Shown here piece by piece: positions 1-14,020 of a stretch of DNA of 64,000 bases. Position 1 is the stretch's first letter, and the number at the start of each line of letters is the position of its first letter. The notes beneath the pieces are model-generated. The model worked only from the letters and a program-made list of their open reading frames with translations, was not told the DNA's origin and did not search any database. The stretch is from the human T2T-CHM13v2.0 reference genome, Homo sapiens, in NCBI RefSeq assembly GCF_009914755.1, contig NC_060931.1; one strand, written 5' to 3'. The position numbers and the translations under genes were made by a program.

Positions 1-218
1 TGAAGGATTTACTTCTAAATCTGTTTTCTTCATTCTTCCAAGAAACTGTATCCTCTATCCTTAGGCCAATATCTGAAGGTGAGAAGAATCCACAGATGAT
101 TACAGACTGATAAAGACTGATGTGCTTATTGCTTACTGTTTTACTCTTTTAAGTAAAGTGAAAATATGAAGATATACAAAAATGTAATAATGATTTCTTA
201 AATAAATAATAATGGAGA

Positions 219-550
<332 letters not shown>

Positions 551-933
551 TTAAGAAAAAGCTAAATGAAAAATCTGAGAAGAAAGAAAAAATAATAATA
601 TTACTGGCAATATGAATTAAAAGCTTCAAAAGTTTTCATACTTTGAACTCATGGAAATAGAGGTGATTAATTATTGCAGAAAATTATTTTCATTTTTTAA
701 AATTTACTTAAGTTTTATTCATAACTTGCTATGAATGTACTGATTGTGGAAGATATCTTTCCTGGAACACACATCATTTCTACAATTCTATAAGGGACTT
801 TCTCATACCTCCAAAGATAAGAATGAAGATCTGCCTGCCTACCATATCAGCCTGTGTAAGAGAAACTAAGTTAACTCTGCCTCCCTGGACTCAAACGACA
901 ACAACAACCGCAAACAAACCAACACCAAACCGT

Positions 934-1237
<304 letters not shown>

Positions 1238-1272
1238 AAAACCTTGGTATTTTTAAGAAAAAATACATTTTT

Positions 1273-1660
1273 GGCCAGGCATGGCAGTTCACACCTGTAA
1301 TCCTAGCACTTTGGGAAGCTGAGGCAGGAGGATCTCTTGAGTCCAGGAGTTCAAGACAAGCCTGAGCAACATGGCAAAACGAAGAAGGAGAAGAAGGAGA
1401 AGAAGAAGAAGAAGAACAAGAAGGAGAAGGAGAAGGAGAAGGAGAGGAAGAGGAAGAGGAAGAAGAAAAGAAGGAAGAAGGAAGAAAAATTAGCCTGATG
1501 CAGTAGCATGTACCTGTAGTCACAGCTACTTAGGAGGCTAAGGTAGGAGGATCAATTGAGCCTGGGAGGTCAAGGCTGCTGTGAGCCATGATCAAGCCAC
1601 TGTGCTCCATCCTGGGTAATGTAGCAAGACCCTGTTTCAAGAAAAAAATAATAATAATAT
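1273..1660 (+). mobile_element. AluJ with middle linker replaced by a GAA/GGA tract
   Basis: J-type arms (GGAGGATCTCTTGAGTCCAGG; GAGGTCAAGGCTGCTGTGAGCCATGATC), with a purine tract at 1381-1489 between the arms. Confidence 0.95.
1381..1489 (+). repeat. (GAA/GGA/GAG)n polypurine tract
   Basis: All purine except one C at 1417; longest pure run is (GAA)6 at 1399-1416. Confidence 0.95.
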
Positions 1661-1884
1661 ATTTTAGTTAAGATTGTATTCATTCAAAAAAATCCTTTTC
1701 CAGAGCAAAGAAACCCCAACTTAAAATTTAACTCATTTTATACTGCCTTTAAAGTGCTAATCTAGCACATTAAAACCTATCACTTCTGGTTGCCCCATGA
1801 GTTCATGAGTCTACCATTAGCCAATTAATCACATTCTGTCCTCAACAAAGTAATAAGATATGTCACTTAAGAAATAAAGTTTGT

Positions 1885-2267
1885 CCAGCCTAGCGAACAT
1901 GGTGAAATCCTTTGTCTACTAAAAATACAAAAATTAGCCAGGCGCAGTGGTTCACACCTGTAATCTCAGCACTTTGGGGACCAAGGTGGGAAGATCACGA
2001 GGTCAGGAGTTCAAGACCAGCCTGGCCAAGGTAGTGAAACCCCATCTCTAATAAAGATACAAAAACATTAACCTGGCGTGGTGGTGTGCACCTGTAACCC
2101 AGCTACTCAGGAGGCTGAGGCAGGAGAATCACTTGAATCCAAGAGGCAGAGGTTGCAGTGAGTGAAGATTGCACCATTGCACTCCAGCCTGAGCGACAGG
2201 GTGAGACTGAGCCAAGATTGATTGCGCCACTGCACTCCAACCTGGGTGACAGAGCAAGACCCTGTCT

Positions 2268-2299
<32 letters not shown>

Positions 2300-2314
2300 A
2301 AGAAAAAAGAAATA
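1885..2314 (+). mobile_element. Composite Alu: partial left arm + full AluS + extra right-arm 3' end, CA/A tail
   Basis: Flanked by identical AAGAAATAAAGTTTGT at 1869-1884 and 2315-2330; internal junctions at ~1937 and ~2209. Confidence 0.93.
2268..2298 (+). repeat. (CA)n microsatellite in Alu tail
   Basis: Seen directly. Confidence 0.95.
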
Positions 2315-2673
2315 AAGAAATAAAGTTTGTAAAGATATAGATTTCTTTCTTATAAAATAAAATTTTTTCCTAGATATTCACTCCAAATCAAACACTTTAA
2401 TAAGGAAGTTTTTCCAAAAATATACAGAGTCCATATGTTTCTAATGTTATTTAAGTTAAATGAAGAACATATATTTTAACCATAATAAACCATAAATAAA
2501 CTATAGAAAGAGGATAGAGATAAAATTGGGCAATTTTCCTCTGCTTTACCTCTCCTTTTTTTTTCCTTTTAAGCAATAAAATAAAAATAAAAGTGACTTT
2601 TTGACTATACTATTATTATTCTTTTCTTTATTCTCAGATTTATCTTTTAGTTTTTTCTTAAAATATTACATTG

Positions 2674-3010
<337 letters not shown>

Positions 3011-4179
3011 ATTAAATTGTCCTTTAAAATCTCCCACTGTTTCTTTTTTTAAAAAAAAATCATTATTACATTTTTATATATCTTCATAAGGACCTTGGAA
3101 TCAAGATCCATTTTTTAAAATAGTAAAACATTATACAATAAGCACATCAGTCTTTACCACACTGTAATTATCTGTGGAATCAATTTTTCTCTGTTAAGTA
3201 TGGTAGAGCCCAAGAAAAGTTGGGCTTTTGTTAGGATTATGGAGGGGATTCACTGCATAGAGCATATGTTGGAGAGCTGGTAATGCCTTTAGTGGTCTAA
3301 GCTGGCCATCCTGGCTCCATTTCTGATACTGAGAAGTCTGTGGTTGAGGATTAGTCTCAGATCTCTCACACTTCCCTTGATTATACTGATGCCTATGCAT
3401 AACATTTCACATGAAAATCCCAGTCTCTGTCCCATCGCTCACAGATATTAATCAGTTGTACTAGTTCAATCAGGATTTATGTATCAGCACAGCATAACCC
3501 TCTTACTCTTTAAGATTTGTCATCAGGCATTAGGAATTTCCAATGGGGGAAAATGTTTTCATAGAGTAAGAAAGACACTAAATGGAATTTTAGTGTTTGG
3601 GAGAACAACTCGTTATCCAACTAAGCTATTAAACCTATTTGGCTTAGCCCTCTTAAAGCATAACCCTTTAGGTTTGCCTAAAAGGAGAAAGAAAAGGAGA
3701 AGGTGACATGGTGCTGGAAACAGGCAAACCGTCTCTCCTCTTTTCCCCACTTTCCTCTCTCCTCCACCCCATCTTCCCTTCCACCTTCTGCTCCACAAGC
3801 TAGCAGACAGCAAGACAGGCCGGAAACTTGAAAACTGGCAGAACCCACCAATCAGAATCAGGGTACTGCATACTCAAGTGATAATTATTCAGACAGTCCT
3901 GCATTGTTTACAAACACCTGCCCCTGTACCAAATGTCTAATGTTCTCTTTTGATTCTTGAACACATTTACAATTCACTTTTTCTTAGAACTTGTGTTCTG
4001 TTAATAAGAAAGATATGGTTTTATTTTATCTTGTAAGAAACTATTTTTTATGCTTGACAAGCTACTTTACTATCTTATACTTTCTGCCTTGTAATATGAA
4101 GTTGGAATCTAAAAAAAAAGCCCCCAAAACTTTCATAACTTGTTTTTATTATGAACTTGCTTTTATTATGGCACAATGA

Positions 4180-4335
4180 GCAACTTCTAAAGCTAGTGAG
4201 TTTCCCATCCCTAAAAGGAGTCAAAATAAAAGGCCAAATTACCTTAGTGTAAGGATAGTTGAACATGGATTCTTAAATTCAGTAGAAAACTGGACTAAAT
4301 TGTTTCTACATTTTATTTCAACTCCAATAATTCAT
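4180..4335 (+). mobile_element. L3/CR1 3'-end fragment
   Basis: Degenerate match to the CR1 tail (TAGTGAGTTTCCCATCCCT...CTGGACTAAAT...TTCAACTC). Confidence 0.45.
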
Positions 4336-5017
4336 TTAAGCCACCTATTTTCAAAATTGTTTGAGATAACTTTCAATAAAATATATGTGGTTGGTCGATT
4401 CAAGTGGAAATTGAAACTACAACTTCTGAGAACTCAAGATTATAATTATGTCTAATATAAAGTCTTATTAGAAGATATAATAACGAAGCATACCCAGCTA
4501 GGCAGAGTTTTCTAAGCTTATTCATACATTCTGAACAAATTTGCCAAATATGACTAGTGTCAACAGACTGCAGATTTTAGAGCCAGTTGAATGTTCCTCT
4601 CTCTAAAAGCAAGTTTAGTTTGTTTCTCGCTTTCCTATAGAAACCTTATTGAAATATTTAGTATCTGAGTTTGATGGTTTTATATCATAGGACGTTCTTA
4701 GCAGACAGTATCTTGCACCCAGTAGGTAGTATGTGTAAGTGTATGCATTGAATTGAATATCCTAGAACAGACAGTCCTTATCCAATTCTGTCTTCAAATG
4801 TCTTACCTCATTCTGAAGAATGGATATAAATCCTGATGAAGTCCTAATTAGATAGTAAAAGAGGGATAGAATAAAACAATAATGAGCACAGATAGCAACA
4901 GTCTAGTGCCTGTCTGTTTGGAGAGAAGCAATCTTCCACCTACATTATTTTCTTTACAGATGAAAAATGTAGTTTGTAGCTTTAGTGTTATGTTCAAATA
5001 AAGATTAGGGAAGGTGA

Positions 5018-5371
<354 letters not shown>

Positions 5372-6287
5372 TAACAAGGTGCAAATGAAAAAGAAAGAAA
5401 ACCTTCAGTCCTTTTAATATTTAAGGGTAATCTATGTCACTCTTCATCTACAACATTCAATGGAATTGCTTCCAGTCTTTTCTCATTAGATTTTTTCAGA
5501 ACCTTGGCCTGTGGTCACTCTGAGCCCCAGTTCCACAGCAGTGTTAATCACTTCCTCCTCGCTGTCCCTAAAAGATCCCAAGACCTCTCCATTGTGATTT
5601 TTTTTAAAAATCAAGTAACCCTTCTCCTACTAGCACCTCTTCCATTTTCCTCCTTTCTAGCAAATCTAAACGTTCCCAATTAAGTTTTTCTCTCCTTTTT
5701 TTTGACCATTATATATACTCTCCTCATTCTTAATATTCTATAGTCAAACTGTGCTCTCCTTCTGTACTGATAACTGTTTTAAGGACACAATGATCATTTG
5801 TTGATTAAATTAGTGGTTGTTTTCCTTCAACCTCCTGCTGTGTTTTCTACTATTGGCCGCTTTCTGCTCACACCACACCTTAGATTGGTGTAGAATTTGT
5901 CTGCTGCAAGGCCTTAGGTCTCTTTGAAGTACTCTGACTACCCCTCCTCTGCCTCTTTCTCCATCCTCCCATTCCATAAAGTGGGCTTTTCCCTCAAGAT
6001 ATAGACCCAAGCAAATCTTTAAACAATTATAAAAAAATATATTCTAAGATATATAATTAAATAATTCTCCGCTGATACCATCTCTTCATCTCTTGGTCAG
6101 TTTTTGTTTTATCCTTGGGCCCAATTATGGCCCAGCAGGTATTTTATTATTTATATCATTCATATATTTTTCTTCCTTTCCAGTCTCATTTTTAGCTACT
6201 ACACACCTATAGAACTCTCAGAAGGACTTTCTGTAGTTTCTTTAGCTTATGACATTAGTTTCTCATCCTATCTGGTTTGCATTGCTC

Positions 6288-6294
6288 TGTGTGT

Positions 6295-6326
<32 letters not shown>
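6288..6326 (+). repeat. (TG)n microsatellite, interrupted
   Basis: Seen directly. Confidence 0.95.
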
Positions 6327-6329
<3 letters not shown>

Positions 6330-6330
<1 letters not shown>

Positions 6331-6470
6331 TTTATGTGCACATATCTTGTTTCCTCAGCTTCCCTATCAGCTCCTGAAGGACAGAAAGTATATTGTACAC
6401 TTACAGTGTAACCAGTAGTTCTGGCAGAGTCTCTTACTCATAGTTAAGATGGTATAGATACTTGTAATCA
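6330..6470 (+). mobile_element. L2 3'-end fragment
   Basis: CAGCTCCTGAAGGACAG...CTGGCAGAG...CATAGT resembles the L2 terminus. Confidence 0.5.
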
Positions 6471-6771
6471 CGAGGTTAGTGGATAAGTACTCAGTCACTG
6501 TCAGGAGCATGGATAAGGAATACAGCGTAGCTCTTTATCCATTGTTTCAGATCTCCACTCAGACCAACACATCCTACAGAGCAGGACCCACCGACACATT
6601 CATCGCCAGTTTTGCTAATTCTTCTTGATGACTATTTTCATTTCTATCCCAAATTTCTATTCAAATATTGATTTTTTCCTAATGAATTTTATAATGTGGA
6701 TATAATGTTAGTCAGTTTTTGAAATTGAACAACAAATTGTTGATTTGGAGCATGTATATGTGTGTGTGTTT

Positions 6772-7160
6772 TATATTAGTTTGTTAGAGCTGACATGAGA
6801 AAGTACCATATACTGGGTACTATGAAAATCTATTTCCTCACAGTTCTGGAGAAAATGCAGAGAAATTGAGATCAAGGTGTCAGCAGAGTTGGTGCCTGTG
6901 AGGTCTCTCTCTGGCTTATAGATGGCGGTCTTCTCCCAGTGTCTTCCCATGGCCTTCCTTCTGTGCCTCTCTGTGTCTAAATGTTCTCTTCTTATAAAGA
7001 CACCAATAATATTAAATTATGGTCACCTTAATGACTTCATTTTCACTTAATTAGCTCCTTCAAGGTCCTTTGATATCTCCAAATAATCACCTTCTGAGAT
7101 ACAGGGGTTAGGAATTCAGCATAGGAATTGTGGGGGGGGGACAAAATTCAGCACATAAAA
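6772..7160 (-). mobile_element. MLT1 (MLT1B/C-like) ERVL-MaLR solo LTR
   Basis: TATTAGTTT...CTCACAGTTCTGGAG...GATCAAGGTGTCAGCAG...CTTCTTATAAAGACACC...GGGGACAAAATTCAGCACATA, all characteristic of MLT1. Confidence 0.88.
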
Positions 7161-8074
7161 TTTAAGTAGCAAAGTAATTGTGTGAAAAAAAGCAATATAG
7201 AAAGAGAAGAGAGACATTAAACTTTGAGGAAGAAAAAAAAGAATCACAAAAATGTAATCAGTCATCCACCCTAATGTCTGAAGAATTCAGCAGGGAAGGT
7301 GTCAACCACAGGACATCAGGGAGGTCACGGGACTCAACACTGCCATTTCAGTGAAGAAAAGGAAGTAGCTAATGTATCCAGTGAAATTCCAAAGGGTGTT
7401 AATCATATCAGTTTTTATTCCCTTGAGAAATTCTCTTGAAACTGAGGTAAACATCTGGAATGCACAATTGACAGAGACATATGGAGCTCATGCTGTAATA
7501 ATATAAATATGCTTTCTATCCTCTTTGGGGGCATAAGTTACATTTTGAATTATGTCATCACACATATGCTGCCCTTGTGTATCAGCAGTTTAGCATTACA
7601 TGCAGATCTAAAACTGTCCCTAGGCCTGGGTCATTTATTGATTGTGTTCGGTCATGGTTTTTACTGATCATTTCTAGTCTCACATTCAGGTGGCTCTTTC
7701 AGCGCATTTTAAAGTTTCCTTGCTGCTATCCCTGCTGTTATTTCTTAGGTGACTCATGTTGTAATTTTCCAAACTGACTGTCTTCACAGTGAGAGGAAAA
7801 GCATTCACGCAGCTAAAATGGATTTTATGTTCAATGTCATTCTAAACTATCAGTGAAAAAAAGTTGAACAGGTTAGCATTTGAAACAGGTACATGGGGAG
7901 CATTATAAAGGGGCTCATTTAGGAATTAGCTACCTGCAGAACATCTTCATGTCAGAAAGATTCCTCGAACTCACAGAAGCATAATGGGACTCACAGCAAT
8001 ACTAATCCTTAGTGGCAATCCTAAATACATGGACCCACTTTCTGCCATATCACTATATGTGACATTCTGCAGAC

Positions 8075-8129
8075 TGTGCACACTCACGTGCTCACGCACA
8101 CACACGCATGCGCGTGCACACACACACAC
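8075..8129 (+). repeat. Imperfect alternating purine-pyrimidine (CA/CG) tract
   Basis: GTGCACACTCACGTGCTCACGCACACACACGCATGCGCGTGCACACACACACAC. Confidence 0.85.
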
Positions 8130-9503
8130 TTTGGGTGAAAGATGCAATATTAGTTAAAGCAAAAAAAATCATAAAATATGCAATTGTATTGGGTTTGTAA
8201 AAGAAGAATACCTTATTAATTATCATGATTGACATTGAAATGACCAAAAAAATTCAACAGTAGAAAAAGAAGAAAAATAGGGAAACATGATTTTTTCAGT
8301 ATATTTGCTTTAATTAGAAGAGTGACTTTTTCCAAGTGGATGATCATTCTCTCTTTGGGGTGGTGGCATATAAGAAGATTGAGTTTAGACAGGGCTTTTT
8401 CTAACTCTGAAGGCATCTCGTAGTTCCTGACACACACTTAGGTGTGCCTCTCTTCTTGAGAGTTACCAAGTATAATAAAGGCATTACTAACACTTGCTTT
8501 TTGTGCCTAAGGGGAGTGTAGAGACTTTTTTTTTTTTAAAGAAAATCTCCTGGGAAATATTATATCACAAAACTCACCTCTGTGAACAAATGTCTTTGGT
8601 TGGATGATTCTCAAGGAAATGTGGACGGAAGAACAGAGGCAGAGAAACAGAAGGGGATGGGGGGTGGAGTGTGGGACAGGAGATAGTGAAGGTAAAGAAA
8701 GTCATCATGGTTGACAAAGGAGTTTGATATGGTCTGATTTGAAATTCTTTAAGCAGATGAGAAAAGGGAGGTGCACAAACTTACATACTTCCTAGGCATG
8801 TCTTGGGCAGACAGAATGAATAGAGGAAAGAATGCAGAGAAACATATGGTGCTTGGACATAGTAGAGAAAGCATGGGTCTGAATTCAGGTAGATAAAAAG
8901 AGCATCAGTTTGCACCATACATTAAGTAGGTCAGAGATCACACATTAGGTATCAAGGGGAGAAAAGAGAGTAGGAAATAAGTAGAGGGCAGGTGTCATCC
9001 ATATAAATAGGTAAAGAATGAATTCCAGGAAGCAGGGAAGGGAATCAAGAATCTGGGCCAGGGCACTAAAGAGAAACAGGATCACTGACACATCTCAGTG
9101 CTCAGCTGTTTGAACCAGGGACCTGTACCAAAAGTAATATTTGAACGCAATGATAATGAATCTTAATCCCGTAAATGATCATCTCTAGGAAATTAGATGA
9201 TCTTTCCTGGTGTCTGTGAGCCACCATTGTCTATTCATTTAGTCCACATTAATGAGAAAATTCTCCAGGTTTCACCATGGAAAATTGGCAGCTTTTGAAG
9301 ATTGATCCTTCAGCAGTCATATGGCTCAGTCCAGCTCAGTCAGTAAATCCTGAGCTCATTCTCATAATCCTTTCTCAAGAAAAAATGCTACGGACTACTT
9401 GACTTGATTTCTATAGATTGTTTTTTCTATATAGGAACTATGTGGTCAGATTTTTATAAATTTTAGGTATCATACAATATAAAACACACAGTAGCTGTAT
9501 ACT

Positions 9504-9512
9504 CACACACAG

Positions 9513-9543
<31 letters not shown>
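9504..9543 (+). repeat. (CA)n microsatellite, interrupted
   Basis: Seen directly. Confidence 0.95.
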
Positions 9544-11746
9544 GGCATAAAGTACAGATGGCTACAGAATGATGATAACATTGCACCTTCTTATGAAAAG
9601 TGCACCCATATGTCCTAAAGTTAAATTAGTGCTATCTAATGATGTTTGACCCTCATGTATTTTTTACTGAGGTCTTTTGATTCTCATTTCCTCCATTTAA
9701 ATAATGAACTCCTCTTGTTTTTGTCAAATGACAAAAAAAAATTTAGTCACACATAAAATTCATCAAAATCTTTGTTCATTATCAAACTTGTAAGATAAGG
9801 TTAACATTATTATCAAAAATTATTATAAAGGAATCCTGTATTCTGTAATTGATCTTGCATCAAAAATTGACAGGCACAAATGAAGGATTTTTGTCACTTT
9901 AAGCAAGTAATTCTCCCTTTTCTTTACTGTATGAGTCCGTATTCTTGCACATTTTGTAGACTGTCAAATAAGCAAAGACACTTTATTAGTGATTTGCAGC
10001 ATTTTATTGTTAAGATTTTCACTGCTTTCTCAACGGTTTCCTGACTTGCAGAGGATTTTTTTCTTCTTCTTCTCATTTCCTACCAGTGTAGCATTTTAAG
10101 TAGGTGTTATAAATCTCTGCCAAAGGCACATTCATAGCCCTGCTTGAATAGTTTCATTTAGACTAGAACTACCCTTACTTTTCAAGTCCCTTCAAGATCT
10201 TTATCATAGTGAAATAACACTTTGTTTTCATTAAAGGATAAAGCACAACTTTATAAAAAGCCCCCAAAGTAACGAATACAGAAGATTTCTTTAATTTTTG
10301 GAGTAGATTCAATATTAAATCTTATTATTAAATTAATTGTAAATGTCTACTTGAAATCCAAATAGGGATTTTAAATTATTTTTTAAATACAGAAAGGGAC
10401 ATGTATATTAAGTATATTTTAATACATTTACTATTTTAGCTCTATAAATCACTCTTGATGACTGCATGCTGTAAACATTTTTCACAGAGGCAAACAAAAT
10501 GCTCATGTCTTCTTTGGTAATTTTAGTCAAATGTGCTCTAATAGACTTGTGACAAGTATGTTTTTCCCTAATCCAAGACTTCTAATTCAGGCCACAAATA
10601 TTACTTCAAAATATACCAAATCCAGCAGAGAAGTATATTGAGCTGGAGTTTCCAGAAGGGAAAAGTGGAGATAGAAATCTTTCGCAAATTCCATTTACAA
10701 CCTTGCCAAGTAGATGCCAAGAATACTAATCTCTTGAAAGGTGTCATAACTTTTCAAAATTTTAGCCGGAAGGCAGCTATATAGTATTCTTCTTGATCTG
10801 TTTCATGATCAGTCAGAATGGTTTATTCATGTGGTTATAAGTGACCAGGGAACACATCTCCTAATGACTTACAGGATTTTTTTTTTCCAGACGAATAGAT
10901 TTCCTAACAGATATATCTTTTGGGGAAAAAAAATCAAATGTATCAGACATAAGATGACCTTTCTCTTTCAACATTTCTTTTGTAACATCAGTCACTCTGT
11001 TCTCTTCATATAATGATGAAAAACCACCACTTTCAGTTTTATAAAAGCTTCTATCTTCACAATGAGCCATTTTCATAAAGCATTACACTGCCTTTAGGAT
11101 AAATGCATGTGGTGCGTGTTACAGCCCCTACTGTGTGCTGATGCATTTATTCTTTTTGCTTTAATTTTTAGTGTTTCAAATGATAGAAAAAAATAATATA
11201 ATAGCGTTCATAAATTCAACAGGCACCTCCTACAGGTTTTGTGGTAGACCCTAAGATCACCTGAAGTCTGGAACCTATGTTTAGAATCCTGGGGTCTTTT
11301 GCTTATACAGTATGTTATAAATATGTTTATATTCATGTTCATTTGTAAAGCCTAAAATGTCAGTCAGTGAAAGGAACTCTCTTCACCCAGTAAATGACAA
11401 AACTACCTGTTTTTATCTTAATGCATGCTCTTCTCTCCTCAGTTGAATATTTTTACAGATATAATTCGTAGGATATGTTTCTGTGGTATTTATGTAATAC
11501 AAATTTACATTATATTTAATTAAATCTTTACCCAAATAAAGTGAGGAATTAGTGGCATCCCTTGGCTTTATAGTCTAACAGGTGCGTGTGAGGTTTAAAA
11601 GTTCCTATCTCATTTTAACTGATATTTTGTAATCCTAAATTCCAGAATTAAAATACTATGAATGATTTTATTTACCCTTTCATGGGGCATATACCTTGAT
11701 CATTGATTTTTATTGCAGCCAGGAATAATAGAGGGAGGCAACTGTG

Positions 11747-11750
<4 letters not shown>

Positions 11751-11794
<44 letters not shown>
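11751..11794 (+). repeat. (GT)22 perfect microsatellite
   Basis: Seen directly. Confidence 0.97.
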
Positions 11795-11796
<2 letters not shown>

Positions 11797-13114
11797 CCTT
11801 GAGTGGGTTGCTCAGACAAGAATCTAGGATCAGAATCTGAGATCACCTACTTTGAACCCATAATCTTGAAATAGAATCTAATGGAAAGCTGCTTGTAGAA
11901 AGATAAGCAGAGCACTATTCACCCTGCTGTTTACTGGGGAGGATGAAACTCGATTCTGTTTCACAGCTGCATTTACTCCCACCTCCTCCTGACATCTGTG
12001 GGCTAAGGGAACACAAGCTTGTGAAGAAAACTGTGTTCAGTCACCAATTACAATGAAAACTCTAAAAGAGGGTGGAGGAAGGAATGGCAAAATAGGAACA
12101 GGAACAGGACAGGAACAGGAAGAGGACTGAAATAATTTTATTCCATTGCCTAATGTATATTTTTAAATTTTCCTTATCTGATTTCTTTAGGCTTGGGACA
12201 TAATTGTCCACCTGCCCATCTGACAGAATTTTACTCAATAAATGCCTCATATAGCCATGTCTTGAGGTTTCAGAACATCATCTCTTGTGCTAGGTTGAAT
12301 AAACCAAAATTACTCCTTACCATGGAAATGTGTGTTTTCATAAATGAAAGCAATAAAACATTAACCAAAAAAGCCAGACCGGAAAGATTTTTCTGAGGAC
12401 ACAGGTCAAAGTGGACAAATATTATGTAACCCTAAATTTGGAGCTAACACACGTTTATTATTTTACAAAGCTGAACTCAGTCATGCAATAGCTATAGACT
12501 CCATCTTTCTAAGGTTAGAAAGTAGGTGAATATAAATAGGAATAATAGAATTATAAGTGAATAGTAGAATTATAAGTACACCAGAATAAATGTGTACTAG
12601 GATATGACAGATTCACCATGTCAAATAAATAGCAGAAGTGAATGATAAGTATGCAAAACACAAGAATAAATAAAAATTTAGGCCTAAAATTTAATTTTTA
12701 CCATTCTTACAAAAAATACACATTTAATAGACAATAAAGTATACACAAATATATTAAAGAATTTGGTAAGGTGTAGATGTTTTTTAAACTTTAGGATCAA
12801 GAACACTTGGCATCCATTTACTATAAGTGTAAGACTTGTCAAGGAGACAGACAGAGTCGCTATTGAAGTCCTTTCCAGCTCATTGAGCCTAAAACCCTTA
12901 AATGCTGGGACAAGGCAGCTGGCAGTAAAATAATTTTAATGATCATTAACTTTGCTATTTTGATGTCTATTTTAATATACCAAATTTGTCTTTTATGAGT
13001 TCAATTTATTTTTAAGTAATTTATTCTCTAGGAAAAATAAATGCCATACTTTTTTAAGTGAAGAACAGAAATCTTCTTTCTATATGAATTCTATGAATGA
13101 ATTTATCATATCTG

Positions 13115-13265
13115 GACTGAGACTTTGGGCAAGTCTCCTAACCTCACTATGTCTCAGTTTATTCCTATGGAAAATGGGGTTAATGGTAGTGCTAACATCA
13201 TAATGTTGAGAGGGAACCTGAGTTGGAACATGTAAATGCTCAATGAATTACTATTATTATTATTG
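13115..13265 (+). mobile_element. MIR
   Basis: GACTTTGGGCAAGTCTCCTAACCTC...CTCAGTTT...AAAATGGGGTTAAT core. Confidence 0.85.
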
Positions 13266-13353
13266 CCACTTTATGCACTTTCAGTCAGAAACAGAGCTCT
13301 AAAGTTCAAGTCTTGCTTGTATTCCTTAATTTTCACAAAGGCTCGTTATTTCC

Positions 13354-13668
13354 TTTTTTTGTTTTTGTTTTTGTTTTTGTTTTTGAGACGGAGTCTCGCC
13401 CTGTCACCCAGGCTGGAGTGCAATGGCGGCGAACTCGATCTCGGCTCACTGCAACCTCCGTTTCCCAGGTTCAAGCAATCGTGCCTCAGCCTCTCGAGTG
13501 GCTGGGATTACAGGTGCATGCCACCATGCCTGCCTAATTTTTGTATTTTTAGTAGAGATGGGGTTTCACCATATTGGCCCCGCTGGTCTCGAACTCCTGA
13601 CCTCAAGATATCTGCTCACTCGGATTCCCAAAGTGCTGGGATACAGGCGTGAGCCACTGTGCCTGGCT
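13354..13668 (-). mobile_element. Alu (AluS-type) with (TTTTTG)n tail
   Basis: Full reverse-complement Alu with small indels; degenerate TSD (GGCTC..TATTTC / GGCTC..AATTTC). Confidence 0.96.
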
Positions 13669-13929
13669 AGGGCTCTTAATTTCACCTACTTCACAGTGGT
13701 TTGCATCTCCCTTTGATCAGTCATAAAAAAGATACAGCTTCTTGCCAGAAATTGCATGCCCCAAATCCCTGCTGTTAATCCTTACCAAAGTCTGATTGTG
13801 GCAAATAATATTAATAAGAAATTGAAACTATCCATTCATTTATTAGGGGAATTCTGGATGTAAGGGATGCGCTTCCAGGAGTGAAAATGTCACTGGATTT
13901 TCAGATTTACATTTTCTTTCATTAAATAT

Positions 13930-14020
13930 ATTGCAAATGTAATTTTGTGTCTGTATTTTTGGAGAGAGAAGTTCCAATCAGAGCTTTCATCTGATTCTCA
14001 AAAGAATATGCAGTCCCAAA
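13930..14020. mobile_element. hAT-Charlie (MER103-like) fragment
   Basis: TTTTTGGAGAGAG...AGCTTTCATCTGATTCTCAAA motif; a related motif occurs in the opposite orientation near 39800. Confidence 0.45.

Noticed and set aside
8572-8611. Strong minus-strand donor GAG|GTGAGT with upstream pyrimidine tract
   Set aside because: The nearest acceptor after the tract is GAG, which is rarely used; the exon is not credible.
9177-9202. 8-bp stem GATCATCT/AGATGATC (also 48507-48551 and 53565-53580)
   Set aside because: Stems of 7-9 bp are expected by chance in 64 kb.
12541-12578. Short tandem duplications (also 26622-26668, 32075-32129, 53943-53980)
   Set aside because: Ordinary slippage products with two or three copies and no spacers; not CRISPR-like or otherwise organised.
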